From NCBI GenBank assembly GCA_002269645.1, contig NIVC01000324.1, forward strand, positions 3,012-67,011: DNA of 64,000 nt. Direction: 5' to 3'. The stretch comes from Macrostomum lignano (taxonomy: Eukaryota). Under the pieces are notes generated by a model. The model was given only the letters and a program-made list of their open reading frames with translations, made no database searches and was not told where the DNA came from. Positions 52,240 through 64,000 of this stretch are shown here, piece after piece. The translations under genes were made by a program, and so were the position numbers. Numbering within the stretch: position 1 is the first letter of the stretch; each line of letters begins with the position of its first letter.

Positions 52240-54659
52240 TTCCATAAGCCTAGCTACAATCTAGACCCATGTTATACTAGCTATTTTATTCATACTTTAG
52301 CTTTAGGCCTAGCTATATTTGATTTTATAAATATCTTAAACTAGCCTACAGCCATAAAAAATAAATATAGCTATAATTATTTGAGCTGTATATAGGCCTA
52401 GTTATATGTCTGTTATAGCTAGGCCTATTGATAGCCGAGTATAATAATTTTACAATGAATATTTCTATCTATCTATTCATTCTATAATTTATCTAATTCC
52501 AACAAGCTAATTTGGTCCTAATACTCTACCTTGCTAGCCCTATTAACCACCCTTGCTAATCTAGTCTTGTTGTCCTATCCTTGCTAATCTAGCCTTAATG
52601 CCTCACCCTTTGCTAATCCAGTCCTGCTGCCTTACACCCTGCTTCCCATTCACCCACCTTGCCTTATACCTGCTTTCCTATCCACCCACTTTCCCCTCTA
52701 CCTATCTTCCCATCCACCTACTTTCCCATCTACCCACTTTCCCATCCACCTGTTTTCCTATCTACCCACTTTCTAATCTATTAGCCTCCCTCCTTTTCAA
52801 CCTCCCCCTTCTACTTGTCATGCTACATTTGTTTAATTAAGTGTGATATTACCATATCTATATCTATCAACAAGTTAAAAAATAATCATTGTCAAAATTG
52901 TGAAGAATGATATATATTGTCATATGAGCCCATTTTATGCATTAAGAAATTTATTTATAATTGGTTATAGCTTAATGAATATTTTTAGGGACATCAATTA
53001 ATATTGAATATAGTTAACAAAATAAAAGGCATTTGCAGTCACCACAAAAGAAAAGTCAATGCCTAGTCTATGTTTATCAAGGCCAAGGGAGCCAATAAGT
53101 GTCACTAGTAAGATCAGCTAGTAAGATTTGCTTTAGCATTGTGAATGCTTTTGGTATGGAATATGCTTGTATATTTATCTTTCAAATAATTTTTCAAAGC
53201 AAAGAATAGCCTTCTTAAGTGAAGCATTTAAGCATCTGAGTGCCAAGGAAAAACAAGCATATAAAAATGCCACTAAAAAAGCTTGTGTTCGAGGTCTGTC
53301 AGGTCTTGAATTGGAGCAAATGGTGATCTAGTAATTTTTTTAAATATTTGCAGGAGGATTATAGGCACCATGGCACAAGGCCTTTGAAAAGATCATTCCA
53401 CAAACAGTGAAAAGGCAATTCTGCCTATTCCATTTACTCCTTAGCTTACTCTTCACAAACATACATGGATATGTGTGTAGGCATACACACAACTTGTCTA
53501 TCTGCTTTAGATGACTCTATCATCCTCAGGCTATTATCAGCCTCAGAATATTAAAGAGCCACCATGTCAAACATAGAAGAGCCACCATGTCAAACATTAA
53601 AGAGCCACCATGTCAGCAACCTTATTTATACCCTATTTCACCCCATTCCAGCCAATATAATATTCCAGATTATTTAACTTATTTGTTACTTGATCAAGGA
53701 AGTCTTTGTACTTGACAAACATTTCTGATGATCTAGAACATAGACTATTGATATAAGAAAATAAGCTGAAGTGCAAGTTCAAGTTTTTATTATAGAAATA
53801 AGAGAAGAATAGGAACAAAAATGGTGGTAAACTGGTATATTACAATACTTGTACTACCTATCTATGATTTGAGCTTCTTTTTAGAGAATTTGCAATGCTG
53901 TTTGATGTTTGTTAGCCTTAATAATATCTTTTCACATGCAGGCACATGCCCTATAGGAAAACATTGTAAAAAATGATTTCTAATAATCCTAAAATGCGGT
54001 AAAATAATTTGACTCCTTTTCTAAAGTGCGCATCTGCGAGTTTTCAATGTAATTGTAAAGAAGCATAATGGCACACATTTCTGGTCATGTGTTTCTCCAG
54101 AAGTTTCTAGACCTCTCAATTCTGCCAGTAGAGTTAGTTATATAGGTACGAGTAGGCTCATAAATCTGCAAGAGTTGAGGTTATAGGCATTATCATTTAT
54201 AATTTCTATTGACTTCAAGTTCAATATGAGTGATGATGTACAAGTAGGCCTACTTCTATTTGAAAATCAAGAGTAGCATAAAATACTGTCATTTTACTAT
54301 ACTATTGTCATTTTTGCCAAAAATGTATTTGCTTTATCTACTTGTTGGAAAAGCATAATTAAAAAATAGAATATACAATTAAAAGAGTAAACTAAAATCT
54401 GTCAAAAACATAACATTTTATAGAGCATGGTTTGCCTTTCAACCAGCTATTTGAAACAGAAAAAAATATCTCACTAAAATGGGGGAAAAATATGTTTGAC
54501 CTTTTCATCCAAAAAACTGTGTTTACATAAAGCCTTCTAAACACCTGATGGCTAGCTCTGCAGCATGAATTAAGTAGTTTATTGAAACTACTATTAATTT
54601 ATTGCACTAATACTTATACAAAAAGAAAAGTAGAGGAGTAAGCAGCTGTGAGTCTAGTT

Positions 54660-55200
54660 AGGAACAAGTCAACAAATTCAACCCAAATTTGCCAAGCCAG
54701 ATCAGCAGATTAGAGGCTAAATTTCTACAGGCTACTAGACCACACTGATACATGTATGATGCAGAAATAATTGTTTAGGTAAGTCAATTGGCTTCCAAGA
54801 TAAGCAAAGGTGGAGAAATAGAGCCATCTTATAGTGTATTTAGATAGGAGAAAGTCAATGAATTCAACCCAAATTTGCCAAGCCAGATCAGCAGATTTGT
54901 GGCTAAATTTCTACAGGCTACTAGACCACACTAGTACATGTATGATGTAGAAAGAATTGTTTAAGTAAGTCAATCGGCTTCCAAGATATGCAAATGCAGA
55001 GAAATAGCCATCTTGTAGTGTATTTAGATAGGAGAAAGACAACAAATCCAACCCAAATTTGCCAAGCTGGATCAGCAGATTAGCGGCTAAATTTCTACAG
55101 GCTACTAAACCACACTGATACATGTATGATGCAGAAAGAATTGTTTAAGTAAGTCAATCGGCTTTCAAGATATGCAAAGGCAGAGAAATAGCCATCTTAA
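54660..55200. repeat. three diverged tandem copies of a ~185-bp unit
   Basis: AACCCAAATTTGCCAAGC...GGCTAAATTTCTACAGGCTACTA...CATGTATGATG...GAGAAATAGCCATCTT repeated at ~54661, ~54847 and ~55031. Confidence 0.85.
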
Positions 55201-55982
55201 TAGCAGCTAGTACATACAGCGACAGCAGTGGTTTTTTCACTGTATTTACACCGACGGACTGCCAATGAATAGAAACTCTTGCGGCGCATTCCTAGGATTC
55301 TTATTCGCTCTTTAACAATAGCGCCGGAAGTTTGTAGCGAGTATCTTTGGCTATATGTATCCAGCAATAAGATATACTTAGTTTTTTTCTTAAACCTTCT
55401 AAACATTAAATCAACAGCATTCGAACCATTTTTGCAACTGCTAATCTGAAAGTTTTTGGAGGTCACTTCAAACATTGTTAAGTCAATTTTGCTGGCTTGT
55501 ATACTTATACTCATATTTTACTTTTGCTACATTGTCAACTTAGAGTACTTTGCCTACTTAACCTAAATAACCTACCTTTTCTCCCCAACCTACTTTGCCT
55601 ACCTATGTAGACTGTCTTGCCTACTTAACATACTGTACTATTTAAATAAACTATTTTGTCTATAATTAACCAACCTTATCTACAACCTACTTTGCTTACT
55701 TAACAACCTTGTCTATTTAACCTACTTTGCTTACTTAACCAACCTTGTCTACTTAACCTACTCATACTTTGCCTATTTACAATAACTTACTGTATTATCT
55801 AAATAAACTGCTTTGACTATTTAACTAGCCTTGTCTACTAAATCTACTTTGCCTACCTAAACTGCCTATTCTACTTTATCTACTTTGCTTACTTCTTAGC
55901 ATATTTTTTCCTGTATACTTTGTCTACCTGTTAGAATTTTGTTTAAGACTAGGCTAATGGCTAAAATCAGGTAAGATCTTGA

Positions 55983-58300
55983 GTGAAGGACCTTGATGAA
56001 GCTGTGCAGGTTGTTATTACATTCCTTGAAGCAGGTGAAAAGTTAAGTTATAGGAGCATTGTGCAGCGATTTGGTGTTTTTCATCAAATTTTGCTTTATC
56101 ACATAAGGAAGGTTTCATCTAACAAACCCCAAAAGCCTTTTAATTCACAGAAACAGGTTTTCACAGTCAAAGAGGAAGCTGTCTTTGTTGAGACATTAGC
56201 AATGCAAAGGCAGCATATCCCAATGACTAGAGTACAGGTCTTGGAAATGGCCTCTCTAGCCCTAAAGAAAATTTCTGCTTTTAGTGACAACTCAGATCAG
56301 TTTAAAAACTGTAAAAAAAGTGACGCTGACAGAAGGTTGGCTAAACTGCTTCTTTGTGTGCCACCAGAGTGTCCTGTCAATCTGGACACCTCAACCGATC
56401 AACTACACCCAATTTAGTCACTAAGAAGCAGATACTTCAGCCGCTTACTTTGCTAGAAAGTCCTGCAAAGTAGTTGTTAGAAAGGGATCCAAATTTGTTT
56501 ACACTAAGACAGTAGAAAAGAAAATGCTACCATCATGGTTACAATCCAGGCTTGTGATCTATGCTGCCACCGCATTTTGTTTTTGCAGGAAAGAGACATA
56601 ATGTTGCAGACATTTACAACTATTCCATGACAAAGAAAGGTTGGTTGACCAGGGAGTCATTTTGGAAGTGGGTCATGGAGACATTCCTATTCTACCTAGA
56701 GTAGAAAAAAATCAGAAGACCTGTGATTTTATTTTGCAATAATTACAATTTGCAACATAATGCTTAGATGTTGGAGCTGCTAAGCAAGGAAAATGTAAAC
56801 AGGCTTTAACTGTAATCTATCTAATTATATGAGTTCCTGAAAAGTAAAAAAACTAGCTAGTATATTTTGTTTCATTCTGATCTTTCTATCAGGTATTGTA
56901 TATCTTGTTTTAATTGATAATCCCTTTATCTTTTTTTCTATCAGTTGACAATTCATAGATATTTATTTAATTCTGAAATTATTAAACAGGTCTACATTTT
57001 TGGCCAAGTCCCAAACACAATGCATGTAATGCAGCCTTTGGATGTTGCAGTCTTTTGATCAGTTAAGGCTGCTTGGAACAATCTCATTGCGCAGCAAGCG
57101 AGGCTAGATTCAGCTGGAGTTCTGTGTAATATGGACTTTATACAACTGTTTTTGTCTTCTTTGGCTGAGTCAGTCTCCATTACCAATGTAAAGTCTGGGT
57201 TTCGAGTGTGTGGCCTCTTTCCATTCAACCTAGAAGCCTTATTATATGACAAGTTGTATGTTGCCTCCAGTTTGGCCAGCCAGCAAGTGGGTGCAACTGC
57301 GACAATGACTGCCCAAGGCCATGGCAAGGCATCGAGCGGCAATGCCACCTTGGCTGTCCAAGGCGATGGCGAGGTGCCAAGCAGCAATGTCACCTCAGCT
57401 GTCTAAGGTGATGGCGAGGCACCGAGCTGCTTAGTGAGCACCACTAGCATTGATTTAGATGCCGATCAAAGTGCTATCTCTCTGACTCTAAAGTCTTCAC
57501 CGAATTCAACACTTGAAATTTTACGTTCAGTGGCTCGCCAATACAACCATCCTGAAATGTTGTAGCCTAAGCCAAAAGCTAATCAGCCTAAGCGACAGCG
57601 GCCTTCAATTGCGAGGGAAGCGGGCATGCCTAAATTGACCAGCCCAAAGTTTCTGGAAGTTCTTCGTCAAAGAGAAATCCAAAAGCGAGAAATCGACAAT
57701 TGGCACAATTAAAATGCCAAAGAGTGCTAGCTGAAATGAAAAAAAAACAAGGCCACAGCAGCACAGCAGTGGCAGCTACAGAAGATGGCCCAGATTAGAA
57801 GTCTCAATCCAGTGGCTGAATTGCAGAATGCAAAATCTAAACTGCGCTTAATTGGCAAGAGGCTAGGGTGCATCTTGGGTGATGCTGCTGCTGATAGCAA
57901 TTGCTTTTTTGACTCTATTTGCCAACTGCTTTCCCAGGAAGGCATTGTTGAAAACCCTATAAGACTCCACACTTTGGCATGCACCAAACTAATAAACCCA
58001 GAATTTTTTAAAGTTTCTAAAGACTTCAACGAATCTGGCATGAATCTGATTACCTACCTGGACAACATGCGAAAGCTAACTTCCTACATTGAGAATATTG
58101 TAGTACTGTCTACTAGCCATATATTAAAGTGTGAAATTCATATTTTCCTACCCACTGCATTGAAAAAGTCAAGAACTTGCATGCCGCATCAAAGCCATCT
58201 ATAGAGAGTTATTGAACCATTGCAGACAAAGCCAACCAGTGGTCCTCTACTGGTGGCTCACATTGCAGAACATCATTACATGCTGCTTTTGTCTATATAG
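55983..58300 (+). pseudogene. decayed pogo/Tigger-type (DDE_1) transposase with C-terminal OTU-like cysteine protease domain
   Basis: HTH (LSYRSIVQRFGV), CENP-B-like HTH (VFTVKEEAVFVETL...IPMTR), NLDTS, KVVVRKGSK, KENATIMVT, KKGWLTRESFWKW. From 56990 one frame reads VPNTMHVMQPLDVAVF*SVKAAW...KSGFRVCGLFPFN...LTSPKFLEVL...AADSNCFFDSICQLL...YLDNMRK...LLVAHIAEHHYMLL, interrupted only by in-frame stops. Confidence 0.8.
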
Positions 58301-58577
58301 TGCGCCAGCTTAGGTTCTGCCACAGGGCCAAGTGATTTAAGAATACATACTAATTAAAAATAAATAATTTACCGACTGACCAACTGACCCTCACCGACTT
58401 GAGCTCCAGTGCATTTGCGGCTGGCGAGTCCCTTGGCTGTCTCTGGCATCTGACAGTTAACCATTGTCAGGAGATTCAATGAGCACATTCTGACATCATC
58501 GGAATTTAAGATCCGAAAAAAAATTTGGTCAAATATTTATTATGAAATCTTGTCAATAAGCATCCTACAACTAATTG

Positions 58578-59000
58578 CACTCACTATACTTCCTATACCA
58601 TCCTGACCATCTGGATGACCATTGGGACCTTCAACAGATATGTCCATTGGACTTCTAGCAGTCTAGCATATACTTTGGCTAGAAATTCTTGATCAAGCCT
58701 CACCAATGAGCAACATGACACTACCTGTCGCACTCACTATACTTCCTGCACCATCCCGACCATCTGGACAACTATTGGGACCTTCAACGGATGTATCCAT
58801 CGGACTTCTGGCAGTCTAGCATATACTTTGGCTAGAAATTCTTGATCAAGCCTCACCAATGAGCAACGTGAAACTCCCTGTTACACTCATTATACTTCTT
58901 GCACTATCCCGACCATCTGAACGACTGTTGGGACCTTCAACGGAAGTGTCCATCGGACTTCTGGCAGTCTAGCATATACTTTGGCTAGAAATTCTTGATC
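58578..59000. repeat. three tandem copies of a ~152-bp unit
   Basis: CACTCACTATACTTCC...GGGACCTTCAAC...GCAGTCTAGCATATACTTTGGCTAGAAATTCTTGATCAA at ~58578, 58731 and 58883. Confidence 0.85.
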
Positions 59001-60637
59001 AATGAGCACCCTAGCACTCTAAGCGTGCAACTAAACTAATGAGCAACCTGCAAATCACTGCAATCACACCTAGTCATTTTGCACTGTTTTGCTTATCAAT
59101 TGTTAAGAAAAATGTCCAAGGATCAATTTGAAAAAAAAACAGAGTCACACAAAAGAAAGTGCTTGTGAATTGTTCTTAAAACTGGTACAACAAAGTAAAG
59201 TAGCTTTGGAACTGTGTCATTGAATAAACAGTCTAATAGACATAGAATAAACTGTTGTAAAGGAATAAACAGTCTGCAATGATCTACAATAAACAGCATG
59301 CAAGGGTGTACATATCAAAACCAAAAGTGTACACAGCAAGGCCTCCACTTTTTTTTATTCACCGCCATGTCTTGTCCCACTAGAACTCATAAACCTGCCT
59401 TTGTGCCTGTCATTAAATGTGCAAGTTGCACAGTAAAAGAATTGTTTCCGCTGTGACAACAATCAAAATTTCAGTCTGAAATTAGACCATAACTGTTATA
59501 AGAGCATTTCGAATTTCTACTGCAAATGTTGGCAGTTTTAAGCATAAAGCATAAAAGCATAAAGCATAATTTAGACAAAACTAGGTACATCTTTTAGTGT
59601 AAAAGTCTGAGTGAGTAAGAGAAAGTGACAATAAAAGTTTATAGATTATAATGGTACTTACAAGCAGTCGAAGCAAAAATAAAATGTGTCATGCACTTTA
59701 CATGCCATGTGCGAGCTGCAAAGACATTTTTCACAGACATAGCACCATCAACGTTTGCCTACATTTTGTGTAGCTTCCTTACCACAAGTCACACAAATTC
59801 ATTCCCTGTCATATCGTGGTGAACTTGTGGGCAGGTGTGTCTGCTGCATTTCCACCCATTATGCTACGCAAGTAGCATATGCAACTACGCAAGGACTACG
59901 AAAGTTCTTGTTTTTGCCAAACTGCTTTAAATACCTTGCCTATGTAGTATATGCATCATATCTTGCTTCTTTACTGTGACAATTTCTGTATCTCTTGCAC
60001 CAAGAAATAAAGTTTCTGATTTCTTTCTCGCGTACACCATTCCTGGATAAATACTCCTATAAAACGGTCTTGTCAGAGGTTGGAAAGCTCATTTTAGCGG
60101 CACAAAAATGGAAAAGAAAACTAAACATGTTAGATTGTGTCCTTTTGCTTACATGTAGAAACTTAATAAATGATAGTGAATTCTAAGTGACAAACTCTTA
60201 ACTTTTAGTCAGTCAGTAGATGTTGTTGTTATTTTTCCTTTTAACAATTTTTTGGACTTAGGTGAAGTTAATTTAGTCATTAGCCAGCTTAGTCCTAGAA
60301 AAGTAACTTTGATTTAGTCAGCAGTTGTGGTTTGCCATAGACTATAGTTACTTATTACCTTGCTTACTTCACTTATTGCTGTTTCTTTGCACTTTAAAAA
60401 ACATAATTCGCATTTCAAAAGTTGATTGAATCTGTTTGGATGGCTTTTTACCATAGACAGCAAGAGATACCTCCTACTTATCTGCAAAATTCATTTACTG
60501 TCTTGACTGAAAGACAAATTCACACCATAGACAATAAATGCTTGTGGCCAGAGGAGGACAATAGAATCTAAAGAGTGAATTTAACTTGCAATTTTTCAAG
60601 TCACCCTGCCACTCTGATGAGGATACCTCTGCACTTT

Positions 60638-61143
60638 TGTGGTAGAGTTGCTCGCTTAATTAATAGCAAATAAATAAAGCTTAAGATCAACATTTATGGC
60701 AAAAACCAACGCATTTCAACCCACTAGGGCCATCGTCAGGGTATATTTTATCACTGAACGAAACACTCAATATAAATAAGCAAACGATTGTACTATCTCA
60801 AGTGTCAAATTGAAAATGGGAGGGTACCAATGTACGAAAAACATAAAAAACTAGGGTTGGAGTTAAGCGAGAATAATGAGAGAGAGAGAGAGAAGGCAAA
60901 CAGATGTAAAAAAAACAAATGTACGCGCAACAAAAAATAGTCAAACTCAAAACACCCTAAGAAGGTGGCCCGCACCACTATGTAGCAATTGCACATTGAG
61001 ACTGGGATTTTGAGCTTTGATGTGCAGCGCTTCAAGAATGCTAAGCTTGAATTCAGAGTTAGCACAGTCAATAAAGACCGTGCCACGATAAAGAAGCCAC
61101 TATTTTTTGTTGCGCGTACATTTGTTTTTTTTACATCTGTTTG

Positions 61144-61192
<49 letters not shown>

Positions 61193-61365
61193 TTCTCGCT
61201 TAACTCCAACCCCTAGTTTTTTATGTTTTTCGTACATTGGTACCCTCCCGTTTTCAATTTGACACTTGAGATAGTACAATCGTCTGCTTATTTATATTGA
61301 GTGTTTTGTTCAGTGATAAAATATACCCTGACGACGGCCCTAGTGGGTTGATCTTAAGCTTTATT
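60638..61365 (+). mobile_element. Penelope-like element remnant: ~270-bp inverted arms around a 157-bp spacer, 14-bp TSD
   Basis: Arms 60671-60941 and 61099-61367 are reverse complements. TACCTCTGCACTTT occurs at 60624-60637 and 61366-61379. The arm ends carry CTGACGA-stem-GAAA followed by an AATAAA-like tail. The spacer weakly resembles a degenerate GIY-YIG C-terminus (H..DWD...TVNKD). Confidence 0.7.
60700..60748 (-). ncRNA. degenerate minimal hammerhead-ribozyme motif in the Penelope-like arm
   Basis: Minus strand reads ATACC-CTGACGA-T-GGCCC-TAGT-GGGTT-GAAA-TGCGT-T-GGTTT. Restoring CpGs gives GGGTCGAAACGCGT. The plus-strand copy (61328-61350) has lost GAAA through a 29-nt deletion between TTGA repeats. 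Confidence 0.5.
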
Positions 61366-61613
61366 TACCTCTGCACTTTGCCTTAAGATTTTGCAAAACT
61401 TTCAGTGTATAGCAGATTCAAGTTTTAGCTTATCTGCTTTGCTTTCTAGTAAAGTAAACATTGCTGACTGAGCAACCTGGACTAAAGGACGCATTTGGCT
61501 ATATTTCTATTTAACAACTACTCAATGGCTGACGCCAGCCGCAATGATATTCCGTCGAGGATGAATTCATCCTGGATCCTGAAAACTTTGTTCAGCGAAG
61601 GGCCATTTTTCCG

Positions 61614-62130
61614 GTGCGTGCAGAGACTATTGATTGGACTGACATGCCACCAAGGTCAAGAAAGTGGCCAAGCGACAAGGTGCCTTGTCTGAGAGACGAA
61701 TTGAACCCTTCAATCAACTGGCAAGCAATTGGTCAAACAGAACGCAACGTTGTGATGGGCTTCTTTGATTTGGGGATGACGAACAAAAATCTTTGGGAGA
61801 GCCATGAGGACAGTTTTGAACTAGTAGACAGGATTGAAATAGAAGGAATCATAGGCGTTTTGCTCTATTGCGGTTGCAACAACCTCAGTAATGTTTTGGT
61901 CCACAATTTATGGAGCATGGATGTAAAATTTGGATACCATTCTTTGCTACAGTGTGCTTTTAGCAGGGATCAATTTGAAATGATTTGGCACAATTTATGC
62001 TTCGACATGGCCAAAAACTAGATGCAAACTGCAGCATATGACAGTATGTATGGAGTCAAGAGACTGTGGGACTCTTTTGTGTCTCGCCTGCAGGTTCTAG
62101 TACTCCCTAGGTCGTATCTATGTATTGATC
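61614..62130 (+). pseudogene. piggyBac-family transposase fragment
   Basis: IEIEGIIGVLLYCG...NLWS...AFSRDQFEMIWHNLCFD...RLWDSFV...YLCID matches the piggyBac (DDE_Tnp_1_7) N-terminal core; contains stops. Confidence 0.72.
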
Positions 62131-62389
62131 TGATTTGATTGAAAGCTCCTCATTCCTTGAGAATCGCTGAATATCTCAATGATCTCGATGTCGGAGAGGG
62201 TCGGTGATGGCTTCATCAGATTCCTTGATAAATTTTAGCCCATACTGTGAATTTTCAGATGAATCCATTGTTGGGTTCAAGAGTTATAGTGTGGATAACT
62301 TTTTGGGTATTTGAAATACCCCCTTATTGGCATCTGTGCAATGGAAAAATAGAAATGGAAAAATACTTTAAGAAAAATCTTAAAGTGCA

Positions 62390-63215
62390 GTAAAATAATT
62401 TGACTTTTTTTCTAAAGTGCCCATCCACAAGTTTTCCACACTCCAGATCATGTAGTATTGTAGTATATGTCTCAAAATTTGGATGTGCATTGGCTTTGCA
62501 CACCAAAATTAGGCGTGCATCACTCCTGAGAAGATAGTATACATGCACACTTGGCGTGCACTTTATAGAATCATGTGTAAGAGTTATTGTGAAGTAAAAA
62601 AAGATGAAAAGGTTTTTTTCAAGCTTTCAAGCTTTTATCTCAAGCTTTCCAGTTTTTTCAAGCTTGTGAAAGGGCAATGTGTGTAAAAATTTTCTGTTAT
62701 AAATAGTATCGCCAAAAAGCATAAAAAGTAACTGGTAATAGGGGTCTATTATGCAATTTAAAAAAAATATTTTATTGTCACAATGTAAAAAAGGTCATTT
62801 ATTGTTGCAAAACCAACATATTTTTGGAAATGGGCATGCACTACATTTTTTCAGCATGCATTTGTAATTATTCCATTTTTGTTTAGGCATGCACCTAGCA
62901 TGATCCAGACTATGGTAAGTTTTCAACATTTATTCCAATAGACAGCATGCGGAATGTTTAATGACTACCATATATTAGTTATTGTAATTGTAAAGAAACC
63001 TGATGACACACATTTCTGGTCGTGTGTATCTCTAGAAGTTTCTAGACCTCTCAATTCTGCCAATTGAGATATACAGGTACAAGTAGGCCTAGGCTCATAA
63101 ATTTGCAAGAGTTGAGGTTATAGACATTATGATTTATAATTTCTATAATATATGAGTTCAATACAAATGATGGTATATAAACAAGGAAATAGGTCTACTT
63201 CTATTAGCAAATCAA
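62390..63215. repeat. diverged dispersed repeat sharing blocks with 54000-54270
   Basis: AAATAATTTGACT..TTCTAAAGTGC and CACACATTTCTGGTC..AGAAGTTTCTAGACCTCTCAATTCTGCCA..GGCTCATAAAT.TGCAAGAGTTGAGGTTATAG occur in both places. Confidence 0.7.
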
Positions 63216-64000
63216 AAGTATAAATTAATGTTTCTAAATAAGCTCTAAGTTCCTTCATATGGGCCAATAGCTAAGCATAAATAAAATACTTATAGTTTAG
63301 GATATTTATAAAATCGAATAGGCCTATAGCTAGGCCAAAAGCTAGAGTATGAATAAAATAGCTAGTATAACAGTGGTCTAGATTGTAGCTAGGCTGACTT
63401 ATATACAAATAGTGGCTCCTTTCTTCTTATTAATATTTATATATTATTAATACATGCAACAACAATATCATGTTGCAAGTAGAGCCTAATTATTTATAGA
63501 GAAAATGGGCAATCTTCAAGTTTCGTTCGTTAAATTATTTTTTCAATGATTTCTGAATTATCTTGCTCTGAGATGATTTTTTTCGAGTTCTCCAGTGTAC
63601 CCAGCCCTTTCCTAGTTGAGAAAGTAGCAGTTTTGTTAATATTATATATCTAATGTACCGTAAAGCCGTTGGTAGGCAAAGGAATGTCTATGGCCCATAT
63701 TAGGGTAACGTAATGATGACGTGGCTTTCACTGACGTGGCATTTTAGCAAAGAACGTCTATGGGAATAAAGATGCTACTGTACGCAGCTTTAGGAGTGGC
63801 ATGGAGTAGTATCATAAGCAGTTAATAGACAAGCAGCTAATACACTATAAGACTAATACACTATGGCAGGACGACCAGCGGCACCCACTTTTATTATACC
63901 AGTAGCACAAGTGCAACCAGCTGCAGCTTTGTGCGACATCGCCCTGACAATGCGGGAACTGGCTGTGATTACGGCAACAACAAGGGATACCATGAATTGG

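Noticed and set aside
55197-55514. Minus-strand 105-aa ORF
   Set aside because: No recognisable motif or splice context. It may be a TE fragment but cannot be supported.

Overview
Eukaryotic (metazoan) genomic DNA with spliceosomal introns, long microsatellites and transposon remnants. The gene style and repeat content suggest a free-living flatworm such as Macrostomum; this is inference, not a database result. Contents from left to right: (1) the 3' ten exons of a very large Arg/Lys/Cys-rich repeat protein with a vWA, a PAN/apple and three ShK domains (<1-6900, +). (2) A small orphan membrane-protein ORF and satellites. (3) A five-exon TRAF gene (30558-14687, -) whose introns hold an LTR-like segment, a 16-bp array, a 2.7-kb (CTAA)n array and a full-length, inactivated RNase H-bearing LINE. 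The LINE is flanked by a ~360-390 bp direct duplication that copies TRAF exon 2. (4) An orphan coiled-coil gene, a secreted PAN+LamG-like gene, and an intronless coiled-coil/beta-propeller gene lying between a matched pair of hAT-type TIRs. (5) An OTUD7/Cezanne-like deubiquitinase gene (-). (6) A strongly CpG-depleted transposon-rich block (~48-63.5 kb). It contains a decayed pogo-like transposase whose reading frame runs into an OTU protease domain, a Penelope-like inverted repeat with a degenerate hammerhead ribozyme, and a piggyBac fragment. No rRNA, tRNA gene or CRISPR array is supported. All calls come from manual reading and translation; no searches were run.
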